Shown here: positions 10,335-19,859 of the stretch, piece after piece
How positions within the stretch are numbered: the first letter of the stretch is position 1
How the letters are laid out: each line of letters opens with the position of its first letter
From: Deltaproteobacteria bacterium
Lineage (GTDB): Bacteria; Myxococcota_A; Polyangia; Polyangiales; Houyiibacteriaceae
Reading direction: 5' to 3'
Length of the DNA: 64,000 nt
NCBI GenBank assembly: GCA_034670305.1
Contig: JAXMNT010000002.1
Span: 213,985 to 277,984 of the forward strand
The notes under the pieces: model-generated
What the model saw: the letters and a program-made list of their open reading frames with translations, nothing else
Database searches by the model: none
What the model was told of the DNA's origin: nothing
Made by a program: the position numbers and the translations under genes

Positions 10335-11798
10335 TCAGAAGTACTTCTTTCGTTTCGAGGAGCTCAACAGTCCAAGCATTTCACGATATTTGGCGACTGT
10401 CCGCCGTGCAATCTTGATGTCGTGCGTCTCGTGGAGCAATTCCACGAGCTTCTGATCCGACAGCGGATTCATCGGGTCCTCTTCACCGATGAGTTTCCTG
10501 ATCGCCTGCTTCACGCTTTCTGACGCGATGTCTCCTCTTCCATCTCGTTTGATCGCGCTGTTGAAGAAGAACTTCAACTCGAAGATGCCTCGGGGCGTGT
10601 GCACGTACTTGTTGCTCGTGACACGCGAAATGGTGCTCTCGTGCATGCCGACCGTCTCGGCGACGTCGCGCAGGATCATCGGTTTGAGGTACTCGATGCC
10701 CTTCTCGAAGAAGTCTTTCTGCTTCTCCACGATGCACTCGGTGACCTTGATGATCGTCTTGCGGCGCTGGTCGATGCTGCGGATCAACCACTGGGCGCTC
10801 CGGAGCTTCCCCTGGATGTATTCCTTGGCCTTCGGGTTGTCCGCCATCGCCGCGCGGTAGAACCCGCTGATCTTGAGCTTCGGCATGCCGTCGTCGTTGG
10901 CCATGACGAAGTACTCGTCGCCCACCCGGTGCACGTAGACATCGGGCGTGATGTAGCGAGGCTCCTCGGAGACGAAGTTGCGCCCGGGACGCGGCTCCAG
11001 CTCGCCGATCACCTGCGCGATGTCGTAGACCTCTTCGACCGCCACCTCGAGCGCCTTGGCGATCGCGTTGTAGTTGCGCTTCTCCATATGGCGCAGGTGG
11101 TTGGAGATGACCCGCATGACGAGCTCGTCCATGCCGAAGTGCTCGGCCTGGATGAGCAGGCACTCCTTGAGCGAGCGCGAGCAGACCCCGATCGGGTCGA
11201 AGCGCTGCATCATCTTGAGAACTTCTTCGGCGTCTTCGGGGTGCAACCCCGCCTCTTCGGCGAGTTTGGGCACCACCTCGTCCGGGTCGAGCCCGTCGAT
11301 CTTGAGGTAGCCGGCGTCGTTCAGGTTGCCGATGACCAGCGCACCGAAACGCTGCTCGTCCTCGACGAAGTCGCCCATGCGCAGCTGCCACAGCAGGTGC
11401 TGGGAGAGATCCTCCGCCCGGCTGAGCGTCTGGTCGACACCCGGCATCTCGTCGTCCGGCCCCTTGCGGAAGCCACTTGGCACCGGCGCCTGGAGCGCAT
11501 GGTTCTCGAGGTAGCGCTCCCAGTCGATGTCGTCGGACTTGTCGGCGTTGGGATCCTTCGCGGCTTCTTGGTCGTCGCTCGCGATCTGCTTGTCGATCGT
11601 GGAGGTTTCTTCGGGATACTGCTCTTCGCGGGCATCCCGGCCGTCCATCGTGTCCTCGAGGACGGGGTTCTCGAGCAACTCTTCTTGCACGAGCTCCGCG
11701 AGTTCCATCCGCGACATCTGAAGCAGCTTGATGGCCTGCTGCAGCTGCGGCGTCATGACGAGCTGCTGCGATAGGCGTAGCTGTTGCTTGATCTCCAT
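10335..11798 (-). CDS. rpoN: RNA polymerase sigma-54 factor
   Basis: QQLVMTPQLQQAIKLLQ region I, HESTISRVT, RpoN box ARRTVAKYRE. Confidence 0.98.
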   Translation of the reverse strand: MEIKQQLRLSQQLVMTPQLQQAIKLLQMSRMELAELVQEELLENPVLEDTMDGRDAREEQYPEETSTIDKQIASDDQEAAKDPNADKSDDIDWERYLENHALQAPVPSGFRKGPDDEMPGVDQTLSRAEDLSQHLLWQLRMGDFVEDEQRFGALVIGNLNDAGYLKIDGLDPDEVVPKLAEEAGLHPEDAEEVLKMMQRFDPIGVCSRSLKECLLIQAEHFGMDELVMRVISNHLRHMEKRNYNAIAKALEVAVEEVYDIAQVIGELEPRPGRNFVSEEPRYITPDVYVHRVGDEYFVMANDDGMPKLKISGFYRAAMADNPKAKEYIQGKLRSAQWLIRSIDQRRKTIIKVTECIVEKQKDFFEKGIEYLKPMILRDVAETVGMHESTISRVTSNKYVHTPRGIFELKFFFNSAIKRDGRGDIASESVKQAIRKLIGEEDPMNPLSDQKLVELLHETHDIKIARRTVAKYREMLGLLSSSKRKKYF

Positions 11799-11896
11799 CA
11801 GGTCCTGATCTGTCCGCGATCACGCGGTACGGGCCCAGTCTACACCCCGCAGCGAACGAAACGAAAGAGGAACTGCCCGACAAGCCCCTGGCCCGA

Positions 11897-12814
11897 TCAG
11901 AGCACCACGCGCACAGGGGTCCGCCGGAGCAGACGGGTGACCAGCATGCACAGCACGATCGTCACCGCGGTGCCGGCAACCGGCGCCTGCTCGAGTGGCA
12001 GGAAACGATCCACGACCGTGTACGCCACCAGTGGATGCAGGAGGTACACGCCCAACAGGAGCGGTTCGAGCGCCTTGGTCACGGGGTCGGGCCGGTCGGG
12101 CAGGCTCGCGCCGAGAAACAGAAGTCCGAACGCGAGCGCGAACCGAAGCAGCACGTCGCCCGCCCAGTGGTCGACCGCGTAGAGGATGCCGGCCGCGATC
12201 CCGAGCGCGAGCGCGAACGGTCCGAGGGAACCCGGGCCGCGGTCGCGGAGCAGGCGCCCGAGTCCGAGTGAGAGCGGGATGCCGATGATGCCGAAGCGCC
12301 ACTGCGTCCACGGCTCCCGGTAGGGCATGTGGCCGGCGAGCTCTGCAAGCCCGATCGCGACGACCAGGCTGCCGACGACGACTGCACGCATCGGGAGGGG
12401 GCGCGTGCGTCGGCCGAGCTCCCACACCACCGCACCGGTCACCGCGACGAAGGGCAGGTACCAGAGATGGATCTCTGGGCCTGAGAGAATGAGGGTCGGC
12501 TCGAACCAGCCGAAGATCGGCTGGCCCGCGCGGTGGGCGCGGACGCAGTAGAGCCCCGCAAACACGAACCACCAGAACACCCAGGGAAGGAGGATGCGCT
12601 GAACGCGGCGCCGGTAGACGACCTTGCGTGGCGCGGGTTCGGGGTTCGACGCGATGAGGCCGAGCGAGAGCAGCAAGAAGAGTGGGAGTCCCACGCCAAA
12701 GAAGCCATGCGACCCGGTGAGATGAAACGTCGTGACGTCCACCAGCGCCAGCAGCCGCAGCCGGTTCCAGTGGTGGACGTGGGCGCGCTTCGGCGTCGGC
12801 TGCGCGGAGACCAA
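11897..12814 (-). CDS. Acyltransferase-3 family membrane protein
   Basis: LRLLA...H, RRVQRILLPW, HLWYLPF, GVYLLHP, multiple TM helices; start uncertain. Confidence 0.75.
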   Translation of the reverse strand: MVSAQPTPKRAHVHHWNRLRLLALVDVTTFHLTGSHGFFGVGLPLFLLLSLGLIASNPEPAPRKVVYRRRVQRILLPWVFWWFVFAGLYCVRAHRAGQPIFGWFEPTLILSGPEIHLWYLPFVAVTGAVVWELGRRTRPLPMRAVVVGSLVVAIGLAELAGHMPYREPWTQWRFGIIGIPLSLGLGRLLRDRGPGSLGPFALALGIAAGILYAVDHWAGDVLLRFALAFGLLFLGASLPDRPDPVTKALEPLLLGVYLLHPLVAYTVVDRFLPLEQAPVAGTAVTIVLCMLVTRLLRRTPVRVVL

Positions 12815-13005
12815 CCCGCCCGGGATGCGCGGGGGACGTTCCGCAGCGGACTCGGGGTCGCGCCGCTTGAGAAGCCACCAAGTCCGAACCGAGGTCCGCG
12901 GCGCCGAAGGGTTGTCGATGCCGGAGCTGTACTGTTTCCGGGTGCCGGAGCAATCCGAACTTCGCGGCCTACGAGACCACGGCTGCCCCATGGTAGACAT
13001 CGGTC

Positions 13006-13548
13006 GTGTCCGAATCCGATCCGACCGAGTCACGGGACCTCGCCGGCTCCCGAACGCCGGGCCCGAGCGACAAGAAGGTCATCGTCTTCGCCGTCGGATG
13101 CGGCGTGTTGCTGTTGCTGCTGCTGGTGTGCTCGGCCATCGCGATCCCCGCCTTCCTCAACTACACGAAGCGCGCGAAGGCTTCCGAGGCGCAGGCGCAG
13201 CTGCGTCGGCTGCGCATGGGGTTCCAGGACGCGTGCCGGGCGCGCATTCAAGTGGGGGGATCGATCGGCGACCTCCGGGCAGCACCGACGCCGCCGATTC
13301 CGGGCGAGCTGCGGCAGACGGGTGACTGGGCCGCCGACCCGGGCTTCGTGGAGCTGGGTTTCGCCCCCACGGACTCCGTCTACTACAGCTACTCGGTCGG
13401 CCCCTCTCCCGTCGAACCCGCGAACATGGTGCTCCAAGCGCGGGGAGACCTGGACGGCGATGGGGAACAATCGCTCTACGAGTACAGCTGCAGCCCGACG
13501 ACCTGCGACTGCAGCGCTCACCTGTTCGTTGAGAACGAGCTGGAGTGA
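13006..13548 (+). CDS. Type IV pilin-like membrane protein without a prepilin cleavage site
   Basis: TM helix then AIAIPAFLNYTKRAKASEA, YYSY, A.GDLDGDG as in deltaproteobacterial pilins. Confidence 0.65.
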   Translation: MSESDPTESRDLAGSRTPGPSDKKVIVFAVGCGVLLLLLLVCSAIAIPAFLNYTKRAKASEAQAQLRRLRMGFQDACRARIQVGGSIGDLRAAPTPPIPGELRQTGDWAADPGFVELGFAPTDSVYYSYSVGPSPVEPANMVLQARGDLDGDGEQSLYEYSCSPTTCDCSAHLFVENELE

Positions 13549-13557
13549 CTCGGGCCC

Positions 13558-16341
13558 TTAGCTGACCACCGCGTCTCGCAGCGCAGCGAGGGGCGCATAG
13601 AGGTTCTCGGCAGCGTCGCGGCGCGCCTCCGACAGCGCCGTGCTCTGCTGATCGTGGGCTTCGAGCCAGCGGTCGTGGAGCGCTTCGACCGCTTCGGTGA
13701 GCGGGGCCCGGAGTTCGGCGCCGGGATCGGCCCGGCCGCGCGAGAGGGCCGGCGCGAGCGCGTCGAGGCTGAGATCCGCGCGCGGCAGAACCTCGTCGAA
13801 GAAGCGCCGCAGCGTGCCGCCAGCGAGCAGCCCGCGCTGAAACCCGCGGAAGGCCGCGAGCGGGACCCGGACCGCGGTCCGCGTGGACGCGTCGAGGTCG
13901 CCGCGGTCGAACTCGGCGGCTTCCTTCATCGCGATCTCGAGCGTCCCGCGCAGCCGCGCGACCAGGCGCCGCTCGCATGCGTCGAGCGCAGACCGAACCT
14001 TCACTTCGAGCATCTCCGCGAGGAACGCGCGGTCCTCTTTGTGGACGCCGTGGCGCGAGAGCTGGTTCGCGCGCGGCCGGACGAACGCCAGCACCTCGCG
14101 ACCGGCTTGGTCGAACGCGGTGTCGAGTTCCGCATCCAAGGCCCGGAGGGCATCGTCGACCGCCACGAGCAGGTCCTTGCGCGCGGCTTCGATCTGTTCT
14201 CGGATGGTCGTGCGCCGCTCGAGCCGCTCGAGGTGTTCGGCCGCGGCATGGGCCTCGGCCTCGAGCGCCGTGTCGAGCAGCTCGACCAGTCGGCCGGCAC
14301 ACGCGCTGCGTTTGAGGACGCGGGACTGGCTGAACACCTCGTCCTCGAGCCGACGCAAGAGCGGCCCGAAGCTCTCTTGGTACCCCGCCTCGTCGCCCTC
14401 GAGCCGAGCTTTCAATGCCTTGCGCGCGCTGATCGCCACCGGCGGCGAACCGAAGCCCGCTTCGACCACCGCGGACACCTTCTCCAACTCGCCAGGCTTG
14501 AGGCGATCCACCTTGTTGAGCGCCGGAACCAAGTGCCGACCCCGCGCGCGAAGATCCTCGAGGATGCGGGTCTCGGTGAGCTTGCCGGCCTGGGCCGCGT
14601 CGAACACCCAGAGCACCGCATCGGCGCGGCGCGCCGCCTCCCGCGCCAGCCGTTCGTGGTTCTCGTCGAGCGCGTTCGTCCCCGGCGCGTCGAGGATCCA
14701 TACCCGCTCGAGGGTCTCGCTCGGGAGGATGATCTCGACGCGGTCGACCGACGCGGCGCCGCTCGAATCCACGCCGAGCGCTTCGGCTTCTTGAAGCATG
14801 GTCTTGAGCGACGCGTGGTCGCCTTCGACGGTGCTGCCGTCCCGGCGGATGAGCCGAACCCGTTGCTGGTCGCCGCCTCGGAGCACGTTGAGCGTCGCGG
14901 TGGTCGGCACGATGCCCATCGGTGCGACCGCGCCTCCGATGAACGCGTTGATGAGGGTCGACTTGCCGGCGTTGAACTCGCCGAGCACCGCCAAGAGCAG
15001 CGGCCGGTCGAGTTCGTCCCGCAACGAGGTCGCGCCACGTTCGACGTCGAGCAGCCCGTGGGTCTGTGCGAACACCCGCACCGCGTCGAGCGCGGCCGGC
15101 AAGTCCAGGGTGTCGTCTTCGCCGAGCCACAGCGACCGAAGCGCCGAAGCCCGCAGTTCGCCAGCCTCCGCCGCATCGGTGGGATGCAAGGGCGCTTCGG
15201 CACCGATCGACAACCACCGCAGCGCGCTGGCTGGATCCTGCTTCGCCAGGGCCGCGCGAGCGAACGCGAGCCGGCCGCGCACTTCGCCGGTGGCACTGTC
15301 TTCGAGAGCCACGTCGACCGCCGACGCATCGTCTTTCCACGCGAGGATCAAGTCCGGCAAGGGATCGTCCGCCACCCGCGCCCGCAACGCCGCCACGTAC
15401 CGCTCGAGTTCCGCGTGGTCGCGGGGTGCGGTTCGCAGCGCCTCTCGCAGGAGCCGCGCGGCGTCGACCTCGTTCGATCCATCGGCGGCGGCCGCGAATG
15501 CTTCGGCGGCCTCATTCACTCGGCCGCGGGCCCGCAGCACCTCGGCCAGCACTTCGAGCGCCATCGGTCCCGCACCCGAGACCAGCGCACTGCGCGCCCG
15601 ATCCTCGGCTTGTTCGAGTTGGCCCGCGCGCAACAACCGCCGCGCGATCGCGCAGCGGGCAGAGGCATCGCCCGCTTCCGCCGCGTGTTCGAGGAATGCG
15701 CCCGCCTCTGCCGCACCGAGCAGTTCCAATGCCACCCCGACGCGGGCGGCGACCGCGGTCTCCAGGTCGCCCGGGTCCACTTGGGCGGCGGCAGCTTTCG
15801 CGGCGCTGCCCTGCCCTGCGGCCGCGAGCGCTTCGACGAGCGCCGCGCGCAAGTCGGGCCGGTCCGGGTCCGCGCTGAGCGCCTTGCGCAGTTCGCGCGC
15901 GGCACGATCCGCGCGCCCGCGTCCCCATTCGGCCCACGCGGCGACCGCGCACGCCTCGGCCAGCGCGGGTCCGCCTTCGCCCGCGCGCGCCCGCGCCGCA
16001 TCGCCGGCGGCTTTCGCAGCCAGCTCGTACCGCTTCAGTGAGAGCGCGAGCCGGCCGGTCCAGAGCGCGAGTTCGGGATCTTCGGGCAGGATGTCGCGCG
16101 CATCGACCAGCGCTGCGAGCGTGCCTTCGTCGTCGCCGAGTCCCTGGCGCGCGTGGGCCAATCCCACCGCGGCACGCGCGAGCCGCGGCCGGTCGGCGAG
16201 GATCTCCACGAAGATGCGTTCGGCGTCTTCGTAGAGTTCGGCTTCCACGGCCGCTTCTCCGTGGGCCAACGACTCGCGCACTTCGTCCGGGAGGAGAAGC
16301 ACGTCGTCGATGAAACGTCCTACGCGGTCGAAGATGCCCAT
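13558..16341 (-). CDS. TPR-repeat / dynamin-family GTPase fusion
   Basis: N-terminal Ala-rich TPR-like helices; G1 GEFNAGKS, G2 PTT, G3 DAPG, G4 NKVD; helical C-terminus. Confidence 0.85.
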   Translation of the reverse strand: MGIFDRVGRFIDDVLLLPDEVRESLAHGEAAVEAELYEDAERIFVEILADRPRLARAAVGLAHARQGLGDDEGTLAALVDARDILPEDPELALWTGRLALSLKRYELAAKAAGDAARARAGEGGPALAEACAVAAWAEWGRGRADRAARELRKALSADPDRPDLRAALVEALAAAGQGSAAKAAAAQVDPGDLETAVAARVGVALELLGAAEAGAFLEHAAEAGDASARCAIARRLLRAGQLEQAEDRARSALVSGAGPMALEVLAEVLRARGRVNEAAEAFAAAADGSNEVDAARLLREALRTAPRDHAELERYVAALRARVADDPLPDLILAWKDDASAVDVALEDSATGEVRGRLAFARAALAKQDPASALRWLSIGAEAPLHPTDAAEAGELRASALRSLWLGEDDTLDLPAALDAVRVFAQTHGLLDVERGATSLRDELDRPLLLAVLGEFNAGKSTLINAFIGGAVAPMGIVPTTATLNVLRGGDQQRVRLIRRDGSTVEGDHASLKTMLQEAEALGVDSSGAASVDRVEIILPSETLERVWILDAPGTNALDENHERLAREAARRADAVLWVFDAAQAGKLTETRILEDLRARGRHLVPALNKVDRLKPGELEKVSAVVEAGFGSPPVAISARKALKARLEGDEAGYQESFGPLLRRLEDEVFSQSRVLKRSACAGRLVELLDTALEAEAHAAAEHLERLERRTTIREQIEAARKDLLVAVDDALRALDAELDTAFDQAGREVLAFVRPRANQLSRHGVHKEDRAFLAEMLEVKVRSALDACERRLVARLRGTLEIAMKEAAEFDRGDLDASTRTAVRVPLAAFRGFQRGLLAGGTLRRFFDEVLPRADLSLDALAPALSRGRADPGAELRAPLTEAVEALHDRWLEAHDQQSTALSEARRDAAENLYAPLAALRDAVVS

Positions 16342-16417
16342 GCGATTCGAGTTCCGAGACGGTGGAGTCGGTCGAGAAGCGAGAAGACCGTCCGGCCTGG
16401 GTGGTTTACCATGCGTC

Positions 16418-17407
16418 GTGCCCTCCGAGACGCCCGCTTCGACCGAACCCGCTGAAGAAGCGCTCGCGCCGCTGATCGTGGTCGCCGAAGACGATCACAT
16501 CACAAGGGAATACGTCGGCGGGTTGCTGCGCGGACACGGGTACCGGGTGGAGCTCCACGAGAGCGCCAGCGGCGCCGTGCAGCGGGCGGCGCAAGGGGAC
16601 GCGTCGTTGATGCTGCTCGACGTGCTCATGCCCGGGATGACCGGACTCGAGGCGTGCCGTCTCATCAAGGCGATGGACGCGGAGACGTTTCTCCCGGTCG
16701 TGCTCGTCACCGGACGGAGCGACGCCGACAGCCGGGTCGAGGGGCTGCGCATCGGCGCGGACGACTACGTCTGCAAACCCTTCGACGAGCGCGAGCTGCT
16801 CGCCCGGCTCTCGGGGCTGCTGCGCATCAAGAAGATGCACGACGAGATCCGAGCCGCCAAAGAGCGGCTCGAGGCGCTGGCGATCACCGACGAGCTCACT
16901 GGGCTCTACAACTTCCGGTACCTGCACACCCGGCTTCACGAAGAGTTCAAACGCGCCGAGCGGCACCGCGACCCACTCGGGTGCGCGATGATCGACGTGG
17001 ACCGGTTCAAAGAGGTGAACGACACCCACGGGCACGACGTCGGCGACATGGTGCTCAAGACCGTGGCGGCGCGCGTGACCGAAGCGGTGCGGGAGATCGA
17101 CGTGGTCACCCGCTATGGGGGCGACGAGCTGCTTCTGGTGTTGCCGAGCACGCACTTCTCGGGCGCCGTGACGGTGGCCGAGCGCATCTGGTCTTCCATC
17201 CGCGCCGAGCCGATGCCGATCGGGGAGGGTCGCACCCTCGACCTGACCGTCTCGATCGGGGTGGCGCTGTACCCCAGCCGTGATGTGTCTTCGAAGAAGG
17301 AGCTGCTGCGCGCTGCGGACCAAGCGCTCTACCAGGCCAAGGGAGACGGGCGCGATCGCATCTGCGTCTTCCAGCACCAGGGCTACATCTACCGCCCTGG
17401 CGCCTGA
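16418..17407 (+). CDS. Response regulator-diguanylate cyclase (REC-GGDEF)
   Basis: REC (AEDD, LLDVLMP, KPF); DELTGLYN; RxxD I-site and RYGGDEL; start uncertain. Confidence 0.92.
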   Translation: MPSETPASTEPAEEALAPLIVVAEDDHITREYVGGLLRGHGYRVELHESASGAVQRAAQGDASLMLLDVLMPGMTGLEACRLIKAMDAETFLPVVLVTGRSDADSRVEGLRIGADDYVCKPFDERELLARLSGLLRIKKMHDEIRAAKERLEALAITDELTGLYNFRYLHTRLHEEFKRAERHRDPLGCAMIDVDRFKEVNDTHGHDVGDMVLKTVAARVTEAVREIDVVTRYGGDELLLVLPSTHFSGAVTVAERIWSSIRAEPMPIGEGRTLDLTVSIGVALYPSRDVSSKKELLRAADQALYQAKGDGRDRICVFQHQGYIYRPGA

Positions 17408-17411
17408 CCAC

Positions 17412-17957
17412 GTGGGCCTCGCCGACCGGGTCGAGTCTCGCGCACCGCTCGCCAGCGTCGTGCGCCAAGTGCCAGGCCGCTCGCCGAACGCGCCCTCGCA
17501 CGGGCTGAGTGTACTCATCGTGCAGGCCGCCCACCCGACGGTCGCGTACGTCGAGATGTTGGTCCCCGACGACTTTCGGATGCCGGCGGTGGCCGAAGTC
17601 GCGCTGCTGCATCCGGCACGCAATGGATGGACGCCGGCGGACGCGCGTCAGTTCGGGCAGCAGGGGTACCGGACCTCGGGCGGACACGACGCCCCGGCGG
17701 AGGCACCCGGCTACCCGCTGGACGAGACGGTGCGAAACCACTTCTTCCGCGGTCTGGCCATCGCCCAGAAACAAGCGATGCGCGTCGTGGCGTGGAGCTG
17801 GCCACTGCTCGTGCTCGATGGGTTCGCGCGGCACGCGTCGCGCCGCATGCTCTACGTCGATCCTTCGGGCACGCACCGCTTGGTGCCCCTCACACCCCAC
17901 GAGCGGCCGGATGTGCCGCTCACCGATCCGTTCGCGCGCCGCGACCGCTGGTCCTGA
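17412..17957 (+). CDS. Hypothetical protein
   Basis: ORF directly after the cyclase stop with plausible composition; no motif recognised. Confidence 0.5.
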   Translation: MGLADRVESRAPLASVVRQVPGRSPNAPSHGLSVLIVQAAHPTVAYVEMLVPDDFRMPAVAEVALLHPARNGWTPADARQFGQQGYRTSGGHDAPAEAPGYPLDETVRNHFFRGLAIAQKQAMRVVAWSWPLLVLDGFARHASRRMLYVDPSGTHRLVPLTPHERPDVPLTDPFARRDRWS

Positions 17958-17982
17958 AGAAGCTGTCCTGAGAGACAGCCGC

Positions 17983-18636
17983 TCAATCGACCCGGTAGCG
18001 CGGAGGTTGCACGGGCGGTGGGGTGCCGAGGCGCAGCCCAGCCACCACCGCGGCCACGAGTCCTGCGGCCATCAGCCAGGCGCCCCAACGGACCTGCACT
18101 TCGACTTCGAGGCCGTAGAGTTGCTCACCGCGCGTGGCGCCCGCGTGGACGCGGTAGATGGTGTAACCGAGGCTCGTGAGGCCGAGCAGCGCCAAGGCCG
18201 CCACCGCGAGCCGGCTTCCCCGCATCGCGCGCGGGGTGCGCCGCCGCATGAGGATCGACAGGAACGTGAAGGCGACCGCCGGCACGACCCAGAGGTTGGC
18301 CGCGACCGACGACGCGGCTTGAAAGCCGGTCGCGAAGGAGTCGCCGTCCGGGTAGCGAATGGTCAACATCGGAAAGAAGAACGCGACCATGGTCAACATG
18401 GAGGTCAGCGCGAGCGGCCAGCGGCCGAACCGAGGCTCGTGAAAACTCACCGGCTCATCGTCTCCCACGACATCGCCGGGACGGCCCTTGTGGAGCTGCT
18501 GAAACTCGACCAGTGCCAGGTCGTGCTCGGGGCAGCGGGACTCGCCTTCGAACGACTCGTGGCAGAACGGGCAGAACAGGACGAGATCGTCGTCGGGTCG
18601 TGCGGTGGCCGCGCGCGCTTCGTCCGCGGGGTCCAC
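17983..18636 (-). CDS. Zinc-ribbon membrane protein
   Basis: FCPFC...CPEH followed by about 4 TM helices; GTG 1 nt after upstream stop. Confidence 0.65.
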   Translation of the reverse strand: MDPADEARAATARPDDDLVLFCPFCHESFEGESRCPEHDLALVEFQQLHKGRPGDVVGDDEPVSFHEPRFGRWPLALTSMLTMVAFFFPMLTIRYPDGDSFATGFQAASSVAANLWVVPAVAFTFLSILMRRRTPRAMRGSRLAVAALALLGLTSLGYTIYRVHAGATRGEQLYGLEVEVQVRWGAWLMAAGLVAAVVAGLRLGTPPPVQPPRYRVD

Positions 18637-18637
18637 G

Positions 18638-19762
18638 CTAGGCACTCGGCGGGGCGCTGGGCGCGGATTCGGCGTGGGGCGCACCGCAGTGCGGGCAGGC
18701 CTGAAGTTCGCGCGCAAACGGCCCGCCGCAATAGGCGCAGAACACTCGGCCGGGCAGTCCACCGGTGATCTGAGCGAGTTCCGGGTAGAGCACTTCGAGC
18801 TCCGCGGTGCTCATGCGGTCGGTCTCTTCGGCCGGGCTCCAGATGACTTCCATCGCCGCGAGGCTGTGCTGGTCGAGACCCACGAGTTGCTGCAAGAGGC
18901 GTCGCAGCGCCTCCGCGTCCTGCACTTGGCTCACATCCAGGAGCTCCCGCCAGGCGGCGACCACGATCGTCACCACGACCACGCCCTCGCCTTCTTCCGC
19001 TTTGGGTTTGGTGCCGGGCGCATCGCCGACCCGCGTCGATCCATCCGCGTTGCGAATGAGCTCGTGCCGGAAACGCGAGCGTGCGTCGCTGCCGGCCGCG
19101 CGAAACGTGTGTTCGGCTTGTTGAGGGCTGCCTGGTTTGTGGTTCTCGACGCCCGCGTAGAGCCAACCGGTTTCCACCCGGCGGAGGATCATCGCCACCT
19201 GTCGCAGCAAGGCCGCCAACCCCGCCGCGGAGCTTGTGTCGCCGGTGCGTGCGAGCCGGTGCAGTTCTTCCTGCACGTACTTCCGGGCGCGCCAATCGAT
19301 CCCGAGCTTGAGAACCGTGACGTCCATGGTGCGAAGCCGGGGGCCCCCGCTGTACTCGCTGTACCCCCGATGGGACGGCCCCCCCTTGGACTTCACCGCA
19401 GCGGAGATGCCGTAGAAGACGAAGAGAAAGATGAGCATCACGACCAGCTGGCCACCGCTCAGCGAACCACCCCTGCCACCCGAACTGGAGCTCCAACTGC
19501 TGCTCGACGAGGATCCCCAGCTGCTCGATCCGCCGGAGTAACCGCCGCCCCCGGAGTACCCCCCACCGCCGCCCCCGCCGGAGAAGCTGCCTCCACCGAA
19601 ACTGCCCCCGCTGATCTGTGCTTCGGCGGGCGCCGCAATCGAGAGGATGGGCGCGCACGCGATCAGGACCGCCAGCATCCGCGGCAGGATCGCCGGGACC
19701 CGCGGCAGCCAGGGTCGGCCCGCGCGCACACGGGTGAGGTCGAGAGCAGGCCGGCGCGGCAT
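18638..19762 (-). CDS. DUF1517 (FLAP-like) protein with C-terminal zinc ribbon
   Basis: GGSFGGGSFS Gly/Ser-rich N-terminus, TM, EVIWSP..E.D.MS..ELEVLYPEL, CAYCG..CPHCGA; start uncertain. Confidence 0.8.
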   Translation of the reverse strand: MPRRPALDLTRVRAGRPWLPRVPAILPRMLAVLIACAPILSIAAPAEAQISGGSFGGGSFSGGGGGGGYSGGGGYSGGSSSWGSSSSSSWSSSSGGRGGSLSGGQLVVMLIFLFVFYGISAAVKSKGGPSHRGYSEYSGGPRLRTMDVTVLKLGIDWRARKYVQEELHRLARTGDTSSAAGLAALLRQVAMILRRVETGWLYAGVENHKPGSPQQAEHTFRAAGSDARSRFRHELIRNADGSTRVGDAPGTKPKAEEGEGVVVVTIVVAAWRELLDVSQVQDAEALRRLLQQLVGLDQHSLAAMEVIWSPAEETDRMSTAELEVLYPELAQITGGLPGRVFCAYCGGPFARELQACPHCGAPHAESAPSAPPSA

Positions 19763-19859
19763 GCGGCCAAGACTCGCACAGTCACCGAACGATGGCGACG
19801 CAGAGTTCTGTTGGCTTCCGCTTCTCACCCGGCGCCGTCGCCTGCTAGGGTCCCGCGCG

